From the NCBI GenBank assembly GCA_023231475.1, contig JALJEE010001081.1, positions 124,001-158,275 of the forward strand: 34,275 nucleotides of DNA. The letters run 5' to 3'. The stretch is from Seison nebaliae. Taxonomy: Eukaryota. Under the pieces are notes generated by a model. The model was given only the letters and a program-made list of their open reading frames with translations. It did not search any database and had not been told where the DNA came from. Below, piece after piece: positions 23,800 through 34,275 of the stretch. Both the position numbers and the translations under genes were made by a program. Position 1 is the first letter of the stretch, and every line of letters starts with the position of its first letter.

Positions 23800-26700
23800 T
23801 TACAGTAATTTATACATATTGTTACGATGGTTTTTCTGATGAATCAATTTAAAGCAGTTTATCGTTTCGTTCGGGTTATTGACGACTCTCTTCGATTGTG
23901 ATTCCATATCAAATTGTGATGTTTTGTTCTTTCGCTCTTCATGATTGGGCGGCATTGAAATTACATGAGATATAGACGGTTGAATGGGACCGGTAATTGG
24001 TCGAGAATTAATTTGGAAATTGTTCGGTGGTACATCATTCATTAGAAGCGGTTTTGTAAGAAGATTTGGGCGTTGGATTAGAGGTGGTGGGAAGGGAATT
24101 AAATGTGATGGAATGTTCGTCTGTAGATTATGATTTCCCCTCATATATCCCATATATTGATTCATTCTCGGATCGATCGGTTGGTGGAAGGGTCGATTTC
24201 CATACATCATAATATTTGATGGCGGTTTTGGTAGGAGACGAGGTAAGGCCGCTAATTGTTCCTCATAATCTGTTTTCGTTGATGTTTTTGGATGTGAAGA
24301 TTGAATGGTATTCTCGGTACGTTTATTGTTAATGGAATGTGACGTTGGAGAAAGAGATGGATTAGGTTTCTTCGAATTTTGTTCTTCTTCCCGGTCGTCA
24401 GATGGATTGGGCCATCGACAAGTTTTTTTCGTTTGTCTCTCTGTTTCATTTGAACGTATCCGTTTCGTTCGATGTCGATTATCGTCCTCATGATGAGAAT
24501 CTTTATTTCGATGATCATCTTTATGATAATCTTTATTTCGAGGATCATCTTTATGATAATCTTTATTTCGATGATCATCTCTATAATAATCTTTATTTCG
24601 AGAATCATCTTTATGATAATCTTTATTTCGAGAATCATCTTTATAATTATATGATTTGGGATCATCTTTATGATAATTTGATTTTGGATCGTCATAATTT
24701 CTTCCATTATGTCGTCTATCAGAATAATTGGGTGACCTTAATCGATAATCTTTATCTCGATAACGATTATCATCTCTTCTTTCTCTTCTATCGATATGAT
24801 GTCGATCATTTCCATAAGTTTTTTCTCTTCTCGTTTCATGTATATCATTCTTATCGTTATTGGGTGAAGGAGTTGGATGAGCAGGACGATATCGAAATTG
24901 AGGTCCGAACGACAACGCAGGAACGACGTGCACAACTGGTGCATTTATTGACGACTGAACAGACGGTGAATTAGTTACATTTGATGATTTATTAATCGTT
25001 GACGATTCTGATATATTTGATGATTTATTAATCGTAGATGATTCTGATATATTTGATGGTTTATTTATCGTAGATAATTCTGATATATTTGATGGTTTAT
25101 TTATCGTAGATAATTCTGATATTTTTGATGGTCTTTCTATCATTGACGATTCTGGATTATTAGATCGATCTTTATTCGCCGGTGATTTCTGACTGGGTGA
25201 ATAAAGTAATGGTATATTTAATGGTTTATGAGGTGTTGATGATTCTGGTATATTGGATGACTTGATCATCGAGGAACTACCAGTCAAATTTTTCTTCATT
25301 TTTTCATTTCCGTTTTTTTCGTTCGAAATCAATTTCAATTTCTTTTTAGATTTAATCACATTAATTTGTCGGTCGGTAGGGGTATTTTTTGTTATTTCCA
25401 GAATTTTTTTCGACATTCCTATCGAGCAATCTGGCGCTGATTCCGTTAACGTTTTTTCCAATTCTCTCGTTTTCGATTGTTTCTGTTGTTTTCCGGAATT
25501 CTCATTCTTTTCTTTATTCTTATTCTCATTCTTTTCCTTTTTCTTGTTCTTCTCTTTCTCTTTCTTCCGTATTTCATCATCATCATTATCATCATTCTTC
25601 TTCTTTTTTTCCTCTTCATCATCACTGGATAAAACGATAAATTCAATATCACTATCAATCTCATCTGTTTTATTTATATTATTAGTCTGAACAATATTCA
25701 TTCCGGGTAATGGTGTTGGAATTTCATTCTCATCATTTTCCTCATCGGAATCATCAGGACAAATGATTTCTTCAACATTATCTTTAGATTTCCAATTTAA
25801 TTGGTTATCAAATTGAATAATTGTTTCTTTCCGATTTTTCATTTTTTCACAAATCGATTTGATAAATTGACAGAAATAGAGATCGGACAATCGAGTTGTT
25901 CGATTACAGATTGGACATTTCCATGTAGCTCGTATGAAATTGGTGGAAATATATGCTTCACAATCGAAACATTGGAGATGTTTACAATTGACACCTCTCA
26001 CCGGATACTTCATCACCTCCATTGTTATCTGAACATAATTTTTGAAATTTATTTTTTAAATAATTCAAACTGGACATAAAATACTGGTGGTAATTTCTTT
26101 CGTTGAAATGTCATCATCATCTTTGATTTTAAATCGTTCATGTGCTTCTTTTACCGTCGTCACTCGTTTCTGAACAATATGATTTCGCAATTCTCCGTTC
26201 GAACAATATCGTACAAAATCCACCCAAACCGAATAAGTCTACTGGAATTAAGAAATGATGATAATTAATGAAATAAAAACATGATTGTCTTTTGTTGCTC
26301 TCCATGTAATCTCGAGAAAATTTTCTTTCTTTACATTTATTAATTCGACCGGTTTCGCTACTCGATAGACACCTCCTTTATCATTTCCCAAATCAGCCAA
26401 CTAAAATGATGAAAATTCAAAAAAAAAATTTAGAAAAAATTTAACTGGTAATTGAACATTTAAATCATTTAAAATTACTTTCAACGATAAAGGCATCGTT
26501 GCATCACCGGAACAATCACCAAACATCAAAACAATTAAAAAGGATTTATTCGTTTTCAACATAGTCAAATGTCGTTCCGTCAATTGGAAATTCATCAAAC
26601 TCGTATGAAGTTTTTTCGAATTTGGATCATTTTCTATCCCAATAAAATAAGAAAAAAAAAAGACGAAAAATATTTGACGAACGGATACGATGTTTTTCAA

Positions 26701-27067
26701 TCGTCTCCTTTCTCTCATAGAAATCAGATGGAGCTAATGTACTATAATCGTCTGTAATTGAAGATGAAATTGATAAAAAATAAAATTTTTGATAAAAAAG
26801 TAGAATTGACAAACCTAATTTTTTGATGGTCAACTGAAAACAATTTTCGAAGGACAAAATATCGTGTAATTTTATATTTGGCGCTTCTCTCCATTTAACG
26901 ATTAGTTTGATGAGATCTTCCTTCTTTTTTCCTGAATAACTGATTTTCACATCTTTGCAGAATTTTTGTAGAATTTTAATCGACGTCGACTGTAAAACTG
27001 TCTAACAAACGACAAATGAAAATGGAGGAAATAAAAAACAGAAAAATCGGCAAACCTCATAATTCAT
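23800..27067 (-). CDS. PIAS: PIAS-family SUMO E3 ligase (SAP, divergent PINIT, SP-RING, SIM, long disordered tail), ~990 aa. Exons 27067-27056, 27001-26815, 26751-26683, 26633-26446, 26400-26281, 26238-26071, 26028-23800
   Basis: SAP-like IKILQKFCKDVKISYSGKKKEDLIKLI. The SP-RING is rebuilt across an intron: SILCP|ITMEVMKYPVRGVNCKHLQCFD...TWKCPICN. SIM plus acidic tract IEFIVLSSDDEEE. Six GT-AG introns (54, 63, 49, 45, 42, 42 nt) keep the frame. Confidence 0.8.
24498..24695 (-). repeat. Coding 30-bp tandem repeat (5 near-perfect units plus ~2 degenerate 27-bp units) encoding DD(H/S/P)RNKDYHK
   Basis: The + strand unit CTTTATTTCGATGATCATCTTTATGATAAT starts at 24501, 24531, 24561, 24591 and 24621. 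Confidence 0.95.
24980..25153 (-). repeat. Coding 36-bp tandem repeat (~5 units) encoding SE(L/S)STINK(P/S)SNI
   Basis: The + strand unit TTTGATGATTTATTAATCGTAGATGATTCTGATATA repeats with few substitutions. Confidence 0.93.
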
Positions 27068-27444
27068 GGTGAAGTATCATTCAGAAATGAGAAAAATCTG
27101 AGAAAAGCTTAAAATTCGAATAAAATTATTCTAAATTGAGAATGCATTTGACTTATTCACTTTTAAATTATTTATATGCATGCTAATTAAGTTAAGGTAA
27201 ATTTGTTTTAATGTAATTTGTAAATATAATTCTAAATTTTATGTGAACATTTTATAATTATAATTTAATATAAAAGCCAAACATTTGAAATAAATTATCT
27301 TGAAAAAAATATGAAAATAATTTTTTTCTTAATTTAACTTTTGGTTTAATGAGAAAAATGAAGCTGATTTCAACGTGTAAATTTAAATTGTTTGTGTGTC
27401 GCTTCTCAAGTAAAACGTAGTTATCTTTGATAGAGAAAGTGAAA
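27068..27444. promoter_or_regulatory. Putative bidirectional promoter between the divergent PIAS and RBBP4/7 genes
   Basis: A 377-bp, extremely AT-rich gap separates the two head-to-head start codons. Confidence 0.55.
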
Positions 27445-28205
27445 ATGCATCATAACAATTCGACAATCCCGTTGAATTTGACTGTCCAGTCTCGTATTCC
27501 TGAAGACATCCCAGTGATGGATCAGGAACGAGAGAAGGTACATGAGATTCAACGGACAGCTAATGAGCAACGAGTACTGAATGACGAGTATAAAATTTGG
27601 AGGAAGAATGTTCCGTTCCTTTACGACGTCATGATGAATCAAGTCCTCCAATGGCCATCATTAACAATTCAAATTATGCAGGATATCCGAGTCAATCCTG
27701 ATGACGATACGAAAGAGATCTCTCTATTATTCGGTACACATATGCCAAAGACGACGCAATCGAAGAACTATGTGATGATCGCTCATTGTAAAATGCCGTT
27801 CGATGAAGTTCCGTACGAAGCGACCCATTATGATGATAAATCATATGCATATGGTGGATTTGGAGAACCGCGTGGGGAAATTGTTACGAATGTTAAAGTA
27901 CCACATGATGGTGAAGTAAATCGTGCTCGTGTTATGCCACAGAATTCTTTCATTTTCGCCACAAAAGCTCCGGGAGCAGAAGTTTTTATTTTCGATTGGT
28001 CAAAAGTTCCATCGGACGGTTTGGGTACGGAAGATGATTGTGCTCCTATGATGAAATTGATTGGTCATGACAGTGAAGGTTATGGTCTCGCTTGGTCACC
28101 ACACAAACCCGGTTACGTCTTAAGTGGTAGTGAAGATCGAGTTTGTTTAGTTTGGGATATAAATTCGACAACTTTCGATTCTTCGAGACAACCACTTACT
28201 ACAAC

Positions 28206-28236
<31 letters not shown>

Positions 28237-29184
28237 GATGTACATCGACAAATGCAGGATGAACATGAAGGAAATTATTATCAACAACCACCATCAATTT
28301 CGATGGATTATCAACGACAGAATTATTATCAACAAAATTCTTTTGGATCATTTCAAAGAAATTCTATGAAATTATCACCAGATAATCGGAAAATGATAAC
28401 GTCGAGTACTATGTTGAATAATGGGGAAGATACTCCGAGATTACGTCCTCTACAATCATATCATGGTCATCAAGCGGTGGTGGAGGATGTGGCATGGCAT
28501 CCTCAACATGCTGAATTATTCGCATCTGTCGGTGATGATGGTCATTTTATTTTATGGGATTTGAGACGGAATGGAAATGCGGCACTCTCCACTCTTGCAC
28601 TTGCTAACGTTTCGGAAAGTTCATCAAAAACACCAGAAGTTAATGCCGTTGCTTGGTCTCCTTTTTCTTCTACATTAATCGCTACTGGTGGAACGGAACG
28701 AGTAATTTGTCTTTGGGATTTACGTTGTCTTCGATTTGGTCGTCCTTTATATGTTTTAGGTGGTGATTTAGAACAACAAAAGAATGGAGAAGTAATTCGA
28801 ACATCACGTGCTCCCCATACAAATGATATAACACATGTGAGTCGATGTGGAACTCATTTAGATGAAATCACACAATTAGGATGGTCACCAAATGCTTCTC
28901 ATGTTTTCTATTCAGCTTCATCTGATCGTCGTATTCATGTTTGGGATTTAGCGAATGTGGATGACGAACATGCTCGAATGGATGATGGTGGACCACCGGA
29001 ATTGGCATTTATTCATGCAGGTCATTCAGCAAGAATCTCCGATTTCTCAATCGCTCCACATATTCCATTTTGTGTGGCTTCAGTATCAGAAGATAACGTT
29101 ATTCAAATATGGCAGATTGCTGAGAATTTGATGAGAGTGAATGTTGAAGAGAAAGATATGGATGGAGAGAGAATGTCCGAATAA
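27445..29184 (+). CDS. RBBP4: Histone-binding WD40 protein RBBP4/7 (Caf1-55/MSI1 family), intronless, with large loop insertions
   Basis: Motifs NDEYKIWRKNVPFLYD, LQWPSLTIQ, HDGEVNRARVMPQN, GHDSEGYGLAWSP, GHQAVVEDVAWH, GPPELAFIHAGH and CVASVSEDNVIQIWQIAEN. The first ATG is at 27445; the ORF track starts at a TTG. A later ATG such as 27517 is also possible. Confidence 0.9.
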
Positions 29185-29363
29185 TTCTCGTTTTATATAA
29201 TTAAAATAATTTTTGTACATAAAAATAACAATCAAAAAAATTCAGTTTAATTATCTCTCTATATCATTTGATCTCATTCACTTATTTTTAACTTTTTCAC
29301 TTTTTCATATTATCACTTTCTTCCAATTTCTTCTTTCACAATTAGACTTTTCTTTTATCAGAT

Positions 29364-29628
29364 ATGGATCAAATTATCGGTTACATCGAACCAGCGAAAC
29401 AATTCACGAAGGATTCTTATCGATTAGTTCGCAAATGTACCAAACCAGATCGAAGGGAATTTCAAAAGATTGCAGTAGCTACTGCTATCGGTTTCGCTTT
29501 GATGGGATTCATCGGATTCTTCGTTAAACTAATTCACATTCCCATCAATAACATCATTGTGTTAGTAAAAGAAATTTAATTTAAAAAAAAAATCTAATTT
29601 TTCCTCCATTTAATGTAGCGGAACATAA
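29364..29628 (+). CDS. SEC61G: Protein transport protein Sec61 subunit gamma, 68 aa. Exons 29364-29560 and 29619-29628
   Basis: [66 protein letters not shown]. The phase-2 intron 29561-29618 (GTTAGT...TGTAG) restores the canonical end NNIIVG(T)*. Confidence 0.95.
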
Positions 29629-30558
29629 TTGGATGGTGGATCTAGTAAACTTAATGAATTTCTGTAATTTCAATTCATCTTTGTAACACATTCAAAAGAA
29701 TCGTCTTCTATAAATTTTGTTGTTGAATGATCGAGAAAAAAAACTATTTATTTCATTCGTTTTGTTTCGACTAATAAATGTTCGTCGTGGAAATTCTACA
29801 TATTCAAATTGTTTTGTAGATTTTTCCGCTCTTTCATTGATTGACAATTGATATGAATTGACATGTGTTACTTTTTTTTTCTAGTATTAAATAGAAAATG
29901 CGGAATAGAAAATTAGAGGAGTAGAAAGTTCATTAACATTTCCTCATTTATTTCGATAAAGCTCATCATTCTAATAAGAAATTTGAGGGAAGAGATTGGA
30001 GAGAATGTTCCCGATATGTTTGTTTTGTGATCTCATAATTTTCAAAATAAATTTTTTGTATACTAATAAATAAATGGAAAATGATTTGGAGAGTTGGTCG
30101 AATTTAATTAAAAATAAATGATTCTCATTTTCACTTCATATATTGGAAGAGGAGAAGTTCATTATCAAGTGATTTGTGAGAAGTATGTAATGGTGATGAT
30201 AGGAATATTTCACCTCCATTTCCGTCTCTATTTTTCCACACGAATTTTTCTTTGATATGTATCCGATTAATCGATATCTTAATTTGTATTTTTCTCCTTC
30301 TCTTACGTGTGTTTTCCTTCAAGAATCTATTCCTTCATTTCTCGCTATAAAAACAATTCTCTTGCGTTTTATTTTCACAAATCTACACAAAAACACACGC
30401 CGAATAACACAAAAAAACACAATACTTGAACAACTTATAAATTAATAAAATTTTGATGAATTTTATATGGAAAAAATGTTTTTCTCTTTTGAAAATGTAG
30501 ATAAGTTGTTTGAATTTTTTTAGGGAAATAAAAAGAGTTCAATGAGCGATAATCTAGA

Positions 30559-33283
30559 ATGAATTCGAAAATGAAAGCGAATATTATCGATAATATCGAT
30601 AAGATTAAAGATGCCGTTCTCCAAATCACCCATACTCCGATGAGATTGAGAGATCTGATTCGACAGATTCGTTCTGCGAAAACGGCATCAGAAGAACGAC
30701 AGATCGTTCAAAAGGAAAGTGCATTTATTCGAGATTCATTCCGAACCGATACGACTTGGCGATGCAGAAATTTAGCGAAACTACTTTACATTCACATGTT
30801 GGGTTACGAGGCGCATTTTGGACAAATGCCAGCAATTAATCTAGTGGCATCTACCAGATTCACTGATAAGAGGATCGGCTATTTAGCTACAACGTTATTA
30901 TTGGATGAGAATCAAGAAGTTCATGTTCTTGTGACGAACAGTTTGAAAAATGATCTTAATAGTTCCAATCAATATGTTGCAGCATTGGCTTTATCGACAT
31001 TCGCATCGATATGTTCGCCATCTATGTGTCGTGAGTTGACAGTAGAAATTGAAAAATTAATTAAATCGAATAACAGTTATTTGAAGAAAAAGGCGTTATT
31101 ATGTGCAACGCGAATGATTAGAAAACTTCCTGAATTAGTCGAATATTTTCTACCGATCACTCGAACTCTTTTACTCTCCTCATTGGACAAATCACATGGA
31201 GTACTCATTTCATCCATTTCACTTCTCATCGAGATGTGTCGAATTAGCCAAGATATTCTTTTCCATTTCCGTCAAGATCATGTTGTTGATCTCACTCCCA
31301 CTTTATTATCGACTTTTCGTAATTTATTAATTTCCGGTTTCTCACCAGAATATGATGTTGGTGGAATTGCCGATCCATTTCTCCAAGTATCTCTCTTGAG
31401 ATTATTGGGATATTTGGGAGCAAATGATGGAACGATTAGTGATTTGATGACTGATATTCTGGCAGAGGTGGCGACCAATACCGATTCATCGAAGAATGTA
31501 GGAAATGCCATTCTTTATGAAACGGTTTTGGTTATCATGAAAATTGATTCAGATGAAACATTACGCGTATTAGCAATCAATATATTGGGACGTTTTCTAT
31601 TGAATGCTGATAAGAATATTCGATATATCGCATTGAATACTCTCCTTAAACTTGTTCATGTGGACATGGCAGCTGTGCAACGACATCGGAGTACAATCGT
31701 TGATTGTTTAAGAGAGGCAGATGTGTCGATAAAGAAACGTGCAATGGAATTGTCTTTCGCATTGATCAATGACACAAACGCTCAATTGATGACGAAGGAA
31801 ATGCTCCGTTTCCAACGATATTGTGAAGATGAATTCAAATTTGATTGTACTTCCAATCTTTATTTGACAACAGAACGATATGCAATCGATGACGAATGGC
31901 GATTAAATACTCTCATCAAAATGTTCGACGGTGCAGGAAATAATGTACGTGAAGATATCTTATCATCTACCATCTCCTTCATATCTTCAATTCGTCATCA
32001 TCAATTATTAGGACAATGTACATTGGACTTGTTTACTCGAGTTCAACGTTATATGGAATCACCAAGTAAACGGAAATTATTGAATGGAACGGAAGAGAAA
32101 AAAACCAATTCGGATGATGATGTCGATGATGACGACGTCATAGGAGATGTATCAACAGTACAACCATTAGTTATCGTTACACTGTGGTGTATCGGTCAAT
32201 ATGTTCAATTATTGCTCGTCAATTCGAAAAGGATAAATGAACGTGAAATTTTAAATTTAATCGAATTAGTCCTTCGTCATGAATATTGTACAATTCAAAC
32301 GAAAGAATTTGCATTAACGACTCTAATGAAAGTTTCCGTTTTATTTAACGATGATCAGAAACGGATTAGTCTCCTCATCAATCAGTTCGGTCAACATCTT
32401 CATCTCGAATTGCAACAACGCTCTATCGAATATCAAATTCTCCACGAGCATTTTCAATCGGTAAAAAATGAAGTTTTCAAACCGGTTCCTCCCGAAGAAA
32501 ATCAGATAATGAGCGACGGTAACTATTTGAGTGAGGGTGGAACGATTTCTGATGATAATTTAATAGGTACAAATTCAGATTTGAATCAAAACACCACCAA
32601 CCACGTTGACGACACAAAAAATGATTTAAATGATTTATTTAATTTAACTAACACACAAAAAACGAATATCGTTCCGGCAGCAAATCAGGATTTCGATATT
32701 ATGGAACTATTAAATATTAGTGAAGCAGAAACATCGAAAAAGGCGAATGATTCCGATGCAGATATTTTATCCGAATTAAATGATATGTATAAGAACAGAA
32801 GTCACAATATTTCGAAAGATCCCTCACCAAATGTTCTTTCTGGTTTATATTCTCATTTGAATCGATAATGTTTTTTATGGATTTTTAGATGATCTCTTCT
32901 CTCAGATGAATTTGAATAAACAGGAAAATAAAATTCGAAAGAAAGAATACAATAGTGATGGATTGACAATCGATTTCGAATATGTTCGAACATCAGATTC
33001 GACGATAACGGTGGAGACATTTATGGAAAATAATTCAAATTTCGATTTGACTAGTTTGTCTCTGATGTTCGCTGGAACTGCACCAACTCGAATGGAAGTT
33101 TCCACACCCAGTTCAACTAGTCTAAGGAGTAATAATGGGGATGGAATTAGGACACAATCTCTCCATCTCTCCAATGCTACGAACGCTTCCCCATTGAAGT
33201 TGAGAGTGAAGTTATTGTATAAAACGGATGAGTTATCTGAACAAATCTCGAAAATATTTATTACCGAACCGTTAAATATCTAA
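30559..33283 (+). CDS. AP1G1: AP-1 complex subunit gamma (gamma-adaptin), ~892 aa. Exons 30559-32842 and 32889-33283
   Basis: Trunk motifs RLRDLIRQIRSAKT, RCRNLAKLLYIHMLGY, FTDKRIGYL, GFSPEYDVGGIADPFLQV, NVGNAILYETV and LELQQRSIEY, then a hinge with DLF/ELL motifs. The 46-nt phase-1 intron 32843-32888 joins to the GAE-like ear ORF 32906..33283 (LKLRVKLLY). Confidence 0.93.
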
Positions 33284-33923
33284 ATTCGTTATAAATATTT
33301 TTCAATGGAACTAAACAGAGAAACTACTTCCATTTTTCATACTTCTTATTTCTTCAGAAATTAGTCTGACTGCAACTCATTCATCTTTTCAAATGAAAGA
33401 CCCATCATTTATTCTTTTACCCTCTACACATTCAATTTCTTCCTTTTCTGCTTGATTTCAGCCGTTTTAGACATTCCAACACTTCCCCTTTTTTTCATTT
33501 CATTTCATTAAATATTTAATTGTTAATTTAATTGGAAATCATCAAAATTGGAAGAAAAGAAAAGCGACGTTGTCGTATATCGTCTTTTCAGGACTTTGGG
33601 ATATTAGACTTGTTTATCGACATGAATATTTGCCAGTGGGCAAATTAGTGATTAAAAACCCGTTGTTAATGGCTGAAATAATTTGAGGAAACTTTAAAAT
33701 ACTAGTAATAATCTATAAACTTTCTTTTTAATATTCCATCTTCACACTTTTCAATTACGTGTTTTTTAATTAATAATGTTGGCATTTCCCTAATCTTTCG
33801 TTAGTTTAGGCGGTGAAGGGCGCCAAAGAAAATTACATAATAAATTATTACGAAAATATATTTATTTTATTTTATTTATTTTATTTGAAATAATTTGATA
33901 AGTTTAGAAATTTGTTTTTTAAC

Positions 33924-34140
33924 ATGTATTTGGATATTAATAAATTGTTTAATAATTCTGATGATGTGGACGACGAAGAGTTGTCCGAAATTGACAATAA
34001 TGTTGATTGTGTTATGAATAATATAATTGACATTTAGTTCCGGAGCGGCGGAAAAGCCAATTTTTGAAGACAAGAGAGGAAGGGGAAGACCGAAAGGTTC
34101 TAAAAATATCTGTACACCTTTCACGAATAAAAGAATGTAG
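33924..34140 (+). pseudogene. Fragment encoding an acidic segment and an AT-hook (KRGRGRPKGSKN), with no clean gene model
   Basis: 34039-34140 reads SGAAEKPIFEDKRGRGRPKGSKNICTPFTNKRM*. The upstream ATG frame 33924-34037 (MYLDINKLFNNSDDVDDEELSEIDNN...) stops and is offset by +1. Confidence 0.35.
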
Positions 34141-34275
34141 GATGGACAACAGCTGTAATTAACCTACAACGAACTCCAACTACCATTCCCGCCATATAAT
34201 GTACATTAACAAGCAATATAAATCAGATAATATACATTCACTGCCAGGCATAAAATGCAGCCGTACACACAAACT

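Noticed and set aside
24402..24974. Antisense 190-aa ORF with DDHLYDNLYF repeats, and the repeat array as a possible CRISPR
   Set aside because: It is a by-product of the stop-free 30-bp coding repeat in PIAS. The units are contiguous with no unique spacers, and the context is eukaryotic.
28837..28861. GTGAGT...TTTAG inside RBBP4 as an intron
   Set aside because: It is only 25 nt, would shift the frame, and would delete the conserved His of HLDEI.
9386..29184. Functional cluster of chromatin regulators (Osa, PIAS, RBBP4)
   Set aside because: They are interleaved with unrelated housekeeping genes, and nothing in the sequence separates this from chance adjacency.
255..33283. Alternative genetic code or non-GT-AG introns
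   Set aside because: All nine genes translate to conserved proteins with the standard code and GT-AG introns.

Overview
AT-rich, gene-dense eukaryotic nuclear DNA from an animal. The evidence is a Fer3/Nato3 bHLH, an Osa/ARID1 gene, ciliary genes and spliceosomal GT-AG introns. The compact layout and 41-66 nt introns suggest an invertebrate with a small genome; a rotifer-related spiralian is a guess only. Splicing the ORF fragments by hand gives nine genes: LRRIQ1-like (+), FERD3L/Fer3 (-), ODF3/SHIPPO1 (-, 7 exons, one of 19 nt), Osa/ARID1 (-, two large ORFs joined by a 351-nt intron), IDH3A (-), a PIAS-type SUMO E3 ligase (-, 7 exons), RBBP4/7 (+), SEC61G (+) and AP1G1 (+). An orphan AT-hook-coding fragment lies at the right end. 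There are no prokaryotic features, CRISPR arrays, rRNA or tRNA. Main observations: (1) 17 of 19 reconstructed introns start GTT instead of GTR; (2) a PIAS acceptor reads CAG-TAG, and the proximal AG would create a stop codon; (3) RFX X-boxes lie at both ciliary genes, one implying a later LRRIQ1 start; (4) two co-oriented gene pairs are only 103 and 179 bp apart, making them operon/trans-splicing candidates; (5) a ~4.6-kb gene-free block contains several plus-strand RNA-like stems. No clearly new biological system is proven. All gene models were derived by eye and need transcript support.
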